Source: Candidatus Omnitrophota bacterium
GTDB taxonomy: Bacteria; Omnitrophota; Gorgyraeia; JAHIPI01
DNA: 64,000 nucleotides
Reading direction: 5' to 3'
NCBI GenBank assembly: GCA_016783745.1
Contig: JADHVZ010000002.1
Location: 12,012 to 76,011 of the forward strand
Shown here: in pieces, positions 57,126 to 64,000 of the stretch
Numbering within the stretch: position 1 is the first letter of the stretch
Layout: each line of letters opens with the position of its first letter
Notes under the pieces: model-generated
Told to the model about the DNA's origin: nothing
Seen by the model: the letters and a program-made list of their open reading frames with translations, nothing else
Database searches by the model: none
Translations under genes and position numbers: made by a program

Positions 57126-58944
57126 ATTCGTCTATGAGCTCTTTATCACTCTGGCTGATCCATATGAATGAAATGGCGACATTAAAACATTTTCCCCCGT
57201 CAGCCTCACAGCGTAAGACCTTTCCGATCGCCGCTATAAGCCTGTCAGAGGATGGTATCCTTATACGTAATTCAAGGAAGGATCCCATCGGCACTCTTTT
57301 ATTTGAAACAAATTTCACGCCGGTAGCGCTGATATTCTTTGAATAGCTGTCTTCTACCACATTATAGGCGGGTTTCAAGTCATCGGAAAGCCGCACATAA
57401 TCTACGGCGCAGTCTGTATGCAGCCGCATGTAAGTCCTGTTCTCCGGGCCTCTGTAATCGTCACTGTTGATCATTTTGTCTAACTCATTGGTATTGAGCG
57501 CCCATTCTCCGCCCTTGGCATAGACGATCTTATTGACAAACATACGCCTTATCAGCGACTCCACCCGCACGGGGATGCCGCTACAGGCGGCAAACATCTT
57601 CTTTTTAAAATCCTGAGATATTAACTCGCATGAAAACACAGCATCAAAGAATTCGGACACATCATTATCTTTGAGGGGTTTTAACTCCAAAACATCACAA
57701 GTCTTGGCAAGGTCATTTTCATTCATAAATATGGAAAAAGGTGTCCTTGGCGCCTGTTTTATATCTACCATGTCGTCGGAAATGCTGCCTGCGATAAGCA
57801 TCCCCCATTCTGTGCCGCGCTCTTTGATGGCCCCTTTTATTATTTCCAGGCTGCCGCTGTCTATCCAGATAATATCGTCGGCCAGCACAGGGATGATCTT
57901 TATCTTAAGCTCTTTCATAAATCGCAGAAAGGCGTTAACAATATCCTCGTCTTTCAGGTCTTCGGCCTTGGGAGATTTATGCCCTGAATATTTTACGGGA
58001 AGATCCCGTATCTTGCGCACCATCGAAAAAAGAGCCGCTTTATGGGCATCATCCAGCGAATTGAGCGCGTCTAATACTTTACCGGCATCCATAAACTCTA
58101 AAAAACTGCTGAAGGCGTCAGCTATAGATCCATACTTTTTATTGATATCTTCTCTGCTGCACATAAGAAGCAGGCTGGGATAGATCTTGTCCGGGCTGAA
58201 AAGCTCAAGCATAAATCTTGTCTTGCCTATACCCTGCGGGCCCTTGACAAGTACGAATTTTTTTGCTCCTTTTTCCGCGTCCTTATATGACGCCTGGATG
58301 TGCGCCAATTCCTTCTGCCTGTCGATAAACTTTTTGCACGGAAGGGCGTTGGCCAGCAAATCCCTGCCTCTGACCTCTGCCATAATGTCCTTCACTGTTG
58401 AGACCCTGTTCCTACCCGTCCTTTTTGAAGAATACAGAGCCTGGTCAGCCTTTTCCAGGAGGCCGCTGGCGCTATCGGCGTCATCGGGGTATACGGCGAG
58501 GCCCATACTCATCGTCACACTTATGTTCTTTGCCCCCCGCTTGTCCTCTACTTTATTATCCTTGATCAATTTCAATATTTTACCGGCTGTATCAACGGAC
58601 TCATCGAGCCCTTTATCAAAAAATACTAAGGTAAATTCATCGCCGGCGTATCTGACTATGGTAGCTTCCTCACCGATGACGCTCCTTAAAATATCCGCGA
58701 TGTTCACAAGCACTTTATCGCCGCTGAGATGACCATAGGAATCGTTGATTTTTTTCAGGTTGTCACAGTCCATCATGAAGATAGAGATGCTTTTGTTTTC
58801 ATTTTTTGCCCTTGAGATCTCCCTTATGAGGACCTTATTGAGGTACCGCCTGTTGAACAAGCTGGTTAGATCATCGACGTAAGCCAGATCTACACTCTGC
58901 GGCTTGCTTTCCGCGCCGGTCCCTTTATGATTTTCTTCTGGCAT
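57106..58944 (-). CDS. Multidomain c-di-GMP signalling protein: degenerate GGDEF (AGDEF), a P-loop STAND/AAA-like NTPase, and a C-terminal PilZ
   Basis: The N-terminal GGDEF domain (DDLTSLFNRRYL…DCDNLKKINDSYGHLSGD…RYAGDEFTLVF) is followed by Walker A LVKGPQGIGKTRF and Walker B-like IIPVLADDIIWID. The C-terminus carries the PilZ motifs RTYMR and NISATG (RxxxR … D/NxSxxG). Confidence 0.75.
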   Translation of the reverse strand: MPEENHKGTGAESKPQSVDLAYVDDLTSLFNRRYLNKVLIREISRAKNENKSISIFMMDCDNLKKINDSYGHLSGDKVLVNIADILRSVIGEEATIVRYAGDEFTLVFFDKGLDESVDTAGKILKLIKDNKVEDKRGAKNISVTMSMGLAVYPDDADSASGLLEKADQALYSSKRTGRNRVSTVKDIMAEVRGRDLLANALPCKKFIDRQKELAHIQASYKDAEKGAKKFVLVKGPQGIGKTRFMLELFSPDKIYPSLLLMCSREDINKKYGSIADAFSSFLEFMDAGKVLDALNSLDDAHKAALFSMVRKIRDLPVKYSGHKSPKAEDLKDEDIVNAFLRFMKELKIKIIPVLADDIIWIDSGSLEIIKGAIKERGTEWGMLIAGSISDDMVDIKQAPRTPFSIFMNENDLAKTCDVLELKPLKDNDVSEFFDAVFSCELISQDFKKKMFAACSGIPVRVESLIRRMFVNKIVYAKGGEWALNTNELDKMINSDDYRGPENRTYMRLHTDCAVDYVRLSDDLKPAYNVVEDSYSKNISATGVKFVSNKRVPMGSFLELRIRIPSSDRLIAAIGKVLRCEADGGKCFNVAISFIWISQSDKELIDEYVRTKK

Positions 58945-58965
58945 TTTTACCTCTCGCGCTGTCCA

Positions 58966-59400
58966 TTACCTGCCTGGCTTCGCCCTGACACAGGAAGCGG
59001 CTTCTCTCAGGGTAAGATTTATTTTTTTTGAATTGAATTTACCGTCACTTACGGCCGTAAACGCGATCGCGTGTGTATTGGAATGAGTGAGGCTCAAGGC
59101 TATATTAAAACAAGACACATTTTTGAATTTTTTCTTGTCTAAACATATTTCAGGCTGTTCGTTACTTCCCTTTTTAACCTCTATGTCAGCGTAGAATGGC
59201 CTCGCGATATTGTTTAAGGCCTTGATGGTCGCTTCCTTGGCGGCAAATCTGGCGGCAAACCTGGGATATGGATCCCTGAAAGACCTGCAATATTTTATTT
59301 CCTGCGGGGTAAATATCTTTTTGTAAAATCTCTTGTTCCTGCCGTAAGATAATCGCCTGAATCTGGATATCTGCTCACAGTCTACGCCGACCTGTAACAT
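58966..59400 (-). CDS. acpS: Holo-[acyl-carrier-protein] synthase (4'-phosphopantetheinyl transferase)
   Basis: The start is better placed at MLQVGVDCEQISRF (the ATG at 59400). The motifs GVDxxxIxRF and FAAKEATIKAL are present. The longer ORF-track frame would run into the RNase P RNA gene. Confidence 0.8.
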   Translation of the reverse strand: MLQVGVDCEQISRFRRLSYGRNKRFYKKIFTPQEIKYCRSFRDPYPRFAARFAAKEATIKALNNIARPFYADIEVKKGSNEQPEICLDKKKFKNVSCFNIALSLTHSNTHAIAFTAVSDGKFNSKKINLTLREAASCVRAKPGR

Positions 59401-59420
59401 GCTTCTCCTGCGGATATTAA

Positions 59421-59838
59421 GTGGGTTTAAACAAGCTGACCTGTAAGCCGAGTTCTGTGCGCAGGCCCTAAGCCTGCCGGTAATCATTTCTCTTGCCCCA
59501 TCATTACTGATGAGGTCATAAGCGACCTTACCCGTCCCGACACCGTTGACTCTCCGTGCCTACGGCCCGGAGAAGTCTTCGACTCCACTACTTTATCGGT
59601 GAGTCTTATCCGGTAGAAGCGAGCAGCTTCTGATTCGGGACCTATTTGGTCTTGCTCCGCGTAGAGATTGCTCGTTTCACCCGCCTACGCTTGAGGCGTA
59701 GGCGACTCGTCTCTGTAGCTCTGATCCTATCCTTCCGGATGGCGGGCATTACCCGCTACGCCGCTCATCGGAGCTCGGACTTTCCTCCCTATCTTTTTTT
59801 AAAGAAAGAGCGATTACCCGATCTGCTTGTTTAAACCC
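59421..59838 (-). ncRNA. rnpB: RNase P RNA, bacterial type A
   Basis: The minus-strand RNA carries GGAAAGUCCGAGCUCC (CR-I), GGGUGAAAcGAG, and ACAGAACUCGGCUUACAGG (CR-IV/V). The P1 helix is formed by GGGUUUAAACAAGC (5' end at about 59838) pairing with GCUUGUUUAAACCC (3' end at about 59423). The length is about 416 nt. Confidence 0.8.
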
Positions 59839-60239
59839 GATAGATTTATCGCCTTATTGGCTAACTTATCGGCTTCTTTATTGTTTTCTCTATCGATTTT
59901 TATGATTTTGACGCTATTCATGCCGTTTATCAGAGTCACGGCCTTTTCAAATAAAGGCTTTATATTGCTCTTCCTTACCCTGAAATCCCCTTTTAGCTGA
60001 TTGGCGACAAGTTCACTGTCCAGATAAAGCTTAGCATTTTTGTATCCTAGAGTGATAGCCTCTTCTAATCCTGAGATAAGCGCTCTATACTCGGCCACAT
60101 TATTAGTAGCCTCACCCAGATACTCATATGCCGTCTTTATGATTTTATCATCTTCCTTTAGGACCACCCCCGCGCCCGCAGGGCCGGGATTGCCTCTTGC
60201 GGCTCCGTCTACATATATAGATACTGTATTCTCGCTCAA
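59814..60239 (-). CDS. rnhA: Ribonuclease HI
   Basis: 141-aa RNase H fold with the catalytic DEDD pattern (IYVDGAARGNPGPAG…AEYRAL…D…D). Confidence 0.85.
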   Translation of the reverse strand: MSENTVSIYVDGAARGNPGPAGAGVVLKEDDKIIKTAYEYLGEATNNVAEYRALISGLEEAITLGYKNAKLYLDSELVANQLKGDFRVRKSNIKPLFEKAVTLINGMNSVKIIKIDRENNKEADKLANKAINLSGLNKQIG

Positions 60240-60248
60240 GTGAATCTC

Positions 60249-60989
60249 CTACTTCTCTTCCTCGGCATAGAGTATCCTCGCGCACCGCTCGCAGGCCATC
60301 ACTCTCTTCTTTAATCTTATTTCGTCTATGATCTGCGGCGGAAGGTTCATAAAGCATCCTCCGCAGTTTTCTCCCACCACAGGTACCAGCGCAACGCCTT
60401 CTTTGCCGCTTAAGATCCTCTCGTACCTGGAAAGCATCTTCTTATCTATGAGGGGGGTGATGTTTTTTCTTTTACCGTCAAGCTCGCTAAGGCTTTTATC
60501 CGTCTCTTTCTTTTCATCTTCGATCTTTTTTTTCTCGATTTCGATCTTCTTCTCTTCATCCTCCAGCTCTTTCTTCGCTTCCTCGAGGGCCTTTTCAGCG
60601 GTTTCGATCAGGTCAAATATAGACAGGATATCTTCCTCCAGCACAGACTTATCCGCTTCGAAGCCGGATATTTCATGTTCAAGAGCGTTGTATTCCTTGT
60701 TGGTCTTGACCTGATAAAGCTGGGACTGGAGCTTTTTTATGTTGTTTTCCTTTTGTTCCAGATCGAGCTCTCTCTCTTTTCGCTTAAGCTGAAGCCTTTT
60801 CAGCTCATCATCCTTCTCTTTTGACTTGGAGCTTGCGGCTTCCATTTCATCATCAAGGGCATTGAGTCTGGCGGGCATCTCGCTGATCCACTTTTTCATG
60901 TCATAGATATCTTTGTCGAGGATCTGAAGATCGATCAGATTTTTCAGGAGTTCGGCTACTGACATTTTTTCCTCATTACTTTTTGGCAA
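60249..60989 (-). CDS. COG1579-type coiled-coil protein with a C-terminal C4 zinc ribbon
   Basis: 246 aa with a long Glu/Lys-rich coiled-coil and then CGGCFMNLP…CERCARIL. Confidence 0.75.
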   Translation of the reverse strand: MPKSNEEKMSVAELLKNLIDLQILDKDIYDMKKWISEMPARLNALDDEMEAASSKSKEKDDELKRLQLKRKERELDLEQKENNIKKLQSQLYQVKTNKEYNALEHEISGFEADKSVLEEDILSIFDLIETAEKALEEAKKELEDEEKKIEIEKKKIEDEKKETDKSLSELDGKRKNITPLIDKKMLSRYERILSGKEGVALVPVVGENCGGCFMNLPPQIIDEIRLKKRVMACERCARILYAEEEK

Positions 60990-61009
60990 TGAAACGTAAC
61001 GTTACAGCT

Positions 61010-61165
61010 CTTTGGTTGTTCATATATCGTTAATCGTATTTCGCTCGATTAGCTTAGTTTGGTTTACGGTTCATGGTTTACGGAAAAACCCCGGATTTTA
61101 AAACCGTAAACCGTACACCGTAAACCGGAGAAACGATCAACGATATACGATAAACGAATTATAAG
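61010..61165. repeat. Palindromic intergenic repeat element, family copy 2
   Basis: It shares cgttaatcgtatttc, ggtttacgg…ggtttacgg, a 28-nt identical core aaaaccgtaaaccgtacaccgtaaaccg, and cgatcaacga with copy 1 at 51841-52007. Confidence 0.75.
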
Positions 61166-61219
61166 CGTCTCTGCGAGATAACAAACAATTCAAGAGCACA
61201 TGCAATATATGTTGAATCC

Positions 61220-61296
61220 TGGTGGGCGGTAGAGGACTTGAACCTCTGACCTCGTGCATGTGAGGCACGCGCTCTAACCAGCTGAGCTAACCGCCC
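61220..61296 (-). tRNA. tRNA-Val (anticodon CAC), CCA encoded
   Basis: The minus-strand sequence is GGGCGGTTAGCTCAGCTGGTTAGAGCGCGTGCCTCACATGCACGAGGTCAGAGGTTCAAGTCCTCTACCGCCCACCA. It folds as a cloverleaf with the anticodon loop CUCACAU. Confidence 0.9.
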
Positions 61297-61397
61297 ATAC
61301 CTTTGCTTCGCAAAGGACACACCAAAATCAGCCTTTTAGGCCACAAAAATTAAGCTACATGAAGTCTCTTTTAGTACATTAGCAGGCTAGGCAAATC

Positions 61398-61568
61398 TTA
61401 CTGTTTTCCATTTTTACGCAAGGCTTCGCGGGCTGACATGTGTATCAGTTTGTCATTTTGCCAAATCGCAAGGGAACGACCCGTTTCTTTATGTCTTTTG
61501 ATAACCTCGCGTATCGCTTCTTTAAGCGCCTTAAAAGCCTTGTCATGTAAAGACTGCCTTTTTCTCAC
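61398..61568 (-). CDS. Hypothetical small protein (56 aa), translationally coupled to the upstream zeta-like gene
   Basis: The GTG start at 61568 overlaps the upstream TGA stop as GTGA. The sequence is VRKRQSLHDKAFKALKEAIREVIKRHKETGRSLAIWQNDKLIHMSAREALRKNGKQ, basic and helical. There is no ATG. Confidence 0.35.
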   Translation of the reverse strand: MRKRQSLHDKAFKALKEAIREVIKRHKETGRSLAIWQNDKLIHMSAREALRKNGKQ

Positions 61569-62146
61569 AACCTTCTCCCTTTTTCTGTAATTTTCTCAAA
61601 TAAATATTTATCAAAGACTGCAACCTTTCCATTTTTTTCCTCAGCAATCAATTTAGGAACAATGCTCTCGTTATTGAATAACATCCACGAATCCAGCAAT
61701 GGCATGTAAAACCTAAAAAAGTTAATACTGCTACGGATAAACCGACGACGCACATCTTGCAACGGAACATCATGCCCGCCATCAGCGACTCTGTCCTTGA
61801 TTCGCGCTAAAGCCAATTGCACATTCGGAATCCATAAAAAGAAAAGATGTAGATGATATCCCTTTCTTCTTAAATGCTTAAAAAGTTTAATGTATGATTT
61901 CCCTGCAAGTGTTGTTTCAAAAGCAAAATCAACGTTTTTGCCTGCCATTTCATAAATTTGCTTTAAAACGAGCCTTCCGGCTTTCATCGCAGCGATTCGC
62001 GGAGAAAAGGGAGATAACCCTTGAGCAATAAGATCGGCATTAATAAAATGCTGACATTTTGCATAGTCGGGTAAAAACTTCTTTGCAAATGTAGTTTTAC
62101 CTGATCCGTTAGGCCCGGCTATTATATAGATATTTTTATTCTTCAT
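61565..62146 (-). CDS. Zeta-toxin-like P-loop kinase / ATPase (COG4185-like)
   Basis: 193 aa with Walker A IIAGPNGSGKTT and the motifs INADLIA and FAFETTLAG, typical of the zeta-toxin/UNAG-kinase fold. Confidence 0.7.
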   Translation of the reverse strand: MKNKNIYIIAGPNGSGKTTFAKKFLPDYAKCQHFINADLIAQGLSPFSPRIAAMKAGRLVLKQIYEMAGKNVDFAFETTLAGKSYIKLFKHLRRKGYHLHLFFLWIPNVQLALARIKDRVADGGHDVPLQDVRRRFIRSSINFFRFYMPLLDSWMLFNNESIVPKLIAEEKNGKVAVFDKYLFEKITEKGRRL

Positions 62147-62349
62147 ATTTTCAAATATTTATGACTTCGTGCTTTTAATTTTGTCAAAATTCGTGGTGGC
62201 CAGGCCTGCTGTCTCAGGGCGTCATTTTATGGGACACTGCAAGGCTCAAAATGAGCACCACCCTCAAGGGACACACAACAATTAGCCTTTTAGACCGCGC
62301 AATTGAGCTAACTGAAACCCATTTGGGTACACCTACAGGCTAGACCTTA

Positions 62350-62688
62350 TTATTTAGTGCTTTTTAGGATGCGCGATACATGCTTTTTGAAAATGGGTAA
62401 TTTATTTTCTATAATATCCCATAAAATGTCTACATCTATGCCGAAGTATTCATGCGCCAAAATATTCCTCAGCCCTGCTATTTTTTTCCATTCGATTTCT
62501 GAATATTTTTCTTTTATGCTGGTTGGGATATTCTTCGCGGCTTCTCCGATAATCTCCAGATTACGCACAACGCCGTCAATCACTAGGTTATTCGTCTTAA
62601 GCTTTTCAAGAGATAATCTATCGGTATATTCTTCGATCCGGCGAAGCGCTTCCAGAATATCATCTATGTAAAGTCTGTGATCACGCAT
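62350..62688 (-). CDS. hepT: HepT-family toxin (DUF86, RNase)
   Basis: 112 aa with the Rx4HxY motif RNILAHEY. It overlaps the upstream mntA by 8 nt. Confidence 0.85.
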   Translation of the reverse strand: MRDHRLYIDDILEALRRIEEYTDRLSLEKLKTNNLVIDGVVRNLEIIGEAAKNIPTSIKEKYSEIEWKKIAGLRNILAHEYFGIDVDILWDIIENKLPIFKKHVSRILKSTK

Positions 62689-62974
62689 ATTTCACATCCG
62701 AAAGAACTTCTCTTTTTATCCTCGCCTTCAAGGCATCTTTTATTACCAGATCAACCTTGTGACGAAAGAGACTTTCCAGATAAAACTTAAGCTCCATATA
62801 ATTATCAAATGTCTTGCTATTCTTATCAAACTCAACGAGAATGTCTATATCGCTTTTGGCATGTTGGCTCGAGCGCACAAAAGAGCCAAAGATGCCTACT
62901 TTTTTCACGCCGTAAGCCTTTAGCTCATCTGAATGCTGCTTCATTGTCTTTAGTATTTTATTTTTGGGTGACAT
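62681..62974 (-). CDS. mntA: MntA-family nucleotidyltransferase antitoxin
   Basis: It has the GSx10DxD motif GSFVRSSQHAKSDIDIL. The start is better placed at MSPKNKIL (62974) than at the ORF-track 63004. Confidence 0.85.
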   Translation of the reverse strand: MSPKNKILKTMKQHSDELKAYGVKKVGIFGSFVRSSQHAKSDIDILVEFDKNSKTFDNYMELKFYLESLFRHKVDLVIKDALKARIKREVLSDVKYA

Positions 62975-63122
62975 ATTTATTCCTCTTTCTGAACAATGGT
63001 TCAATTTTTTTCAAATGACATTGATCCCATATAAGATTACATCCTTCTTGCCTTTGGTATATCTTAAGTCTCTGACTATCGTTAATTATCCAGAAACAAG
63101 AAAATTGCTATCAAAAAATTCA

Positions 63123-63199
63123 TGGTGGGCCCGCCTGGACTTGAACCAGGAACCCTCTGATTATGAGTCAGATGCTCTAACCAATTGAGCTACGAGCCC
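63123..63199 (-). tRNA. tRNA with a CAU anticodon (elongator tRNA-Met or lysidine-modified tRNA-Ile2), CCA encoded
   Basis: The minus-strand sequence is GGGCTCGTAGCTCAATTGGTTAGAGCATCTGACTCATAATCAGAGGGTTCCTGGTTCAAGTCCAGGCGGGCCCACCA. Positions 1 and 72 pair and the anticodon stem lacks three G-C pairs, so it is not an initiator. Confidence 0.85.
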
Positions 63200-63274
63200 C
63201 ACCCCTACGAAACTCTTTTATGGCTCAGTGCCCCGAGGGGTACGAGCCCCACTTCTACGAAACTCTTTTATGGC
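63191..63274. repeat. Tandem 34-bp direct repeat (period 50, 2 mismatches) that includes the first 9 nt of the tRNA-Met 5' end
   Basis: The copies are tacgagccccacccctacgaaactcttttatggc (63191-63224) and tacgagccccacttctacgaaactcttttatggc (63241-63274). Confidence 0.8.
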
Positions 63275-63379
63275 GAAGTCTCTCCGAAGCCTGTCGGCGC
63301 AGGAGGACCTTTAATTAATATAATTAGAGAGCAATTATACATTATTTTGTATATGTTTTCAAGGTAATAATATGAGTAC

Positions 63380-64000
63380 TTAGTCTTTCGCGACGTATTC
63401 AAACCAGTCAAAAAAAGCAGGCGTAGTGCTCTTCTTCCCGTTTCCCGTTGCATACATACCCAGGTACACGCCGGTCCATCCTCCGGCGACTTCCGTAGAC
63501 AAATATCTCGTTTGCGCCTGAGCCGCTGCCTTGAACTCCCTGCCATCCAGGGAGTAAGAGAAGTGGTATGTATCGCGATCCGCGGTTATTCTCAGACTTA
63601 CGGGCCCGCTGTCAATTTTATCATAGTCCATTCTGGTGACAAGACCGCCTACGCGCCTGCTTACCACAATAAGCCTCTCGCCTTCAATACACTTAACAGC
63701 AAGCTCATAATGATGCCTTTCGTTCATATACACCGCAAGGCCGGCTTCTTCATTTTCGCGCGAGGGCGAAAAATCCATAAGTGTTGTCGCTGTAAGGCAA
63801 AAATGCTCCTGCCTGCGTCCCAGAAAAGCCGGTGAGTCAGTATCGTTAAGCGATACCTCTGATCCGGATAATCTCAACCAGCCCGGACGCTCAGAGGTCG
63901 AGTAATGTTCATCACGCGGATTCCTCAAAAAATTCCACTCAAGCCCCCAGCCTCCGCCATCAAAGTCGTCTCTTGCAGGCGCATCATCCCATTTATGAAT
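63380..64000 (-). CDS. C-terminal beta-sandwich domain of a GH43-like glycoside hydrolase (xylosidase/arabinofuranosidase-like). The 5' part lies beyond the window edge.
   Basis: The frame is open to position 64000 (…IHKWDDAPARDDFDGGGWGLEWNFLRNPRDEHY…), and the C-terminus ends AFFDWFEY, typical of the GH43 C-terminal domain. Confidence 0.55.
   Translation of the reverse strand: MHKWDDAPARDDFDGGGWGLEWNFLRNPRDEHYSTSERPGWLRLSGSEVSLNDTDSPAFLGRRQEHFCLTATTLMDFSPSRENEEAGLAVYMNERHHYELAVKCIEGERLIVVSRRVGGLVTRMDYDKIDSGPVSLRITADRDTYHFSYSLDGREFKAAAQAQTRYLSTEVAGGWTGVYLGMYATGNGKKSTTPAFFDWFEYVAKD

Noticed and set aside
62196-62320. Possible pseudo-tRNA upstream of the zeta-like gene
   Set aside because: There is only a short similarity (caattgagcta) to the D-arm region of the flanking tRNAs. 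No cloverleaf can be drawn. It is kept only as supporting context for the islet interpretation.
1-64000. CRISPR arrays, rRNA genes, integrases and transposases
   Set aside because: No regularly spaced short repeat-spacer arrays are present, and no rRNA-like segments. No ORF carries recombinase or transposase motifs. The repeats found are palindromic or tandem and lack spacers.

Overview
This 64-kb window is a bacterial chromosomal segment of roughly 48% GC. Every gene I can support lies on the minus strand. The small prepilin-type proteins, a dcw cluster without ftsZ, and Mre-based rod morphogenesis suggest a Gram-negative organism, possibly from the PVC/Omnitrophota group (inference only).

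Gene content in minus-strand transcription order (right to left):
- A partial GH43-like gene, then tRNA-Met(CAU).
- A MntA/HepT toxin-antitoxin pair, a zeta-toxin-like kinase cassette, and tRNA-Val.
- A COG1579 zinc-ribbon protein, rnhA, RNase P RNA (rnpB) and acpS.
- A three-gene putative c-di-GMP effector operon: a degenerate-GGDEF / P-loop NTPase / PilZ fusion, a DUF3047-like protein, and a HAMP membrane protein.
- A dcw cluster: mraZ, rsmH, ftsL, ftsI, murE, murF, mraY, murD, ftsW, murG, murC, murB, ddl, ftsQ and a divergent ftsA-like gene, followed directly by yggS-proC-yggT with no ftsZ.
- mtnP, ileS, dksA-like, lspA, lgt, rluD, a coiled-coil protein, aroA, then mreB-mreC-mreD-mrdA-rodA.
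- A complete type IVa pilus locus: a HAMP-GAF-GGDEF sensor, pilT, a standalone MshEN-domain protein, two tandem pilB paralogues, pilC, three small Cys-containing pilins (one with its own promoter and terminator), and pilM-N-O-P-Q.
- rng, rplU-rpmA-obg, proB-proA-nadD, a 49-aa zinc-ribbon ORF missed by the ORF track, rsfS, argS, and an N-terminally short mfd running off the left edge.

I found no rRNA, CRISPR array, integrase or transposase.

Intergenic DNA holds several structured repeats:
- A 5x15-bp tandem array upstream of murD.
- A ~240-bp nested palindrome next to that array.
- Two copies of a ~150-bp palindromic repeat family.
- Direct repeats around the zeta-like cassette.
- A tandem duplication of the tRNA-Met 5' junction.

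The best candidates for uncharacterised biology are two things. One is the layered c-di-GMP control suggested at the pilus locus (dual PilB, orphan MshEN, SGDEF sensor). The other is the GGDEF*/NTPase/PilZ effector operon.
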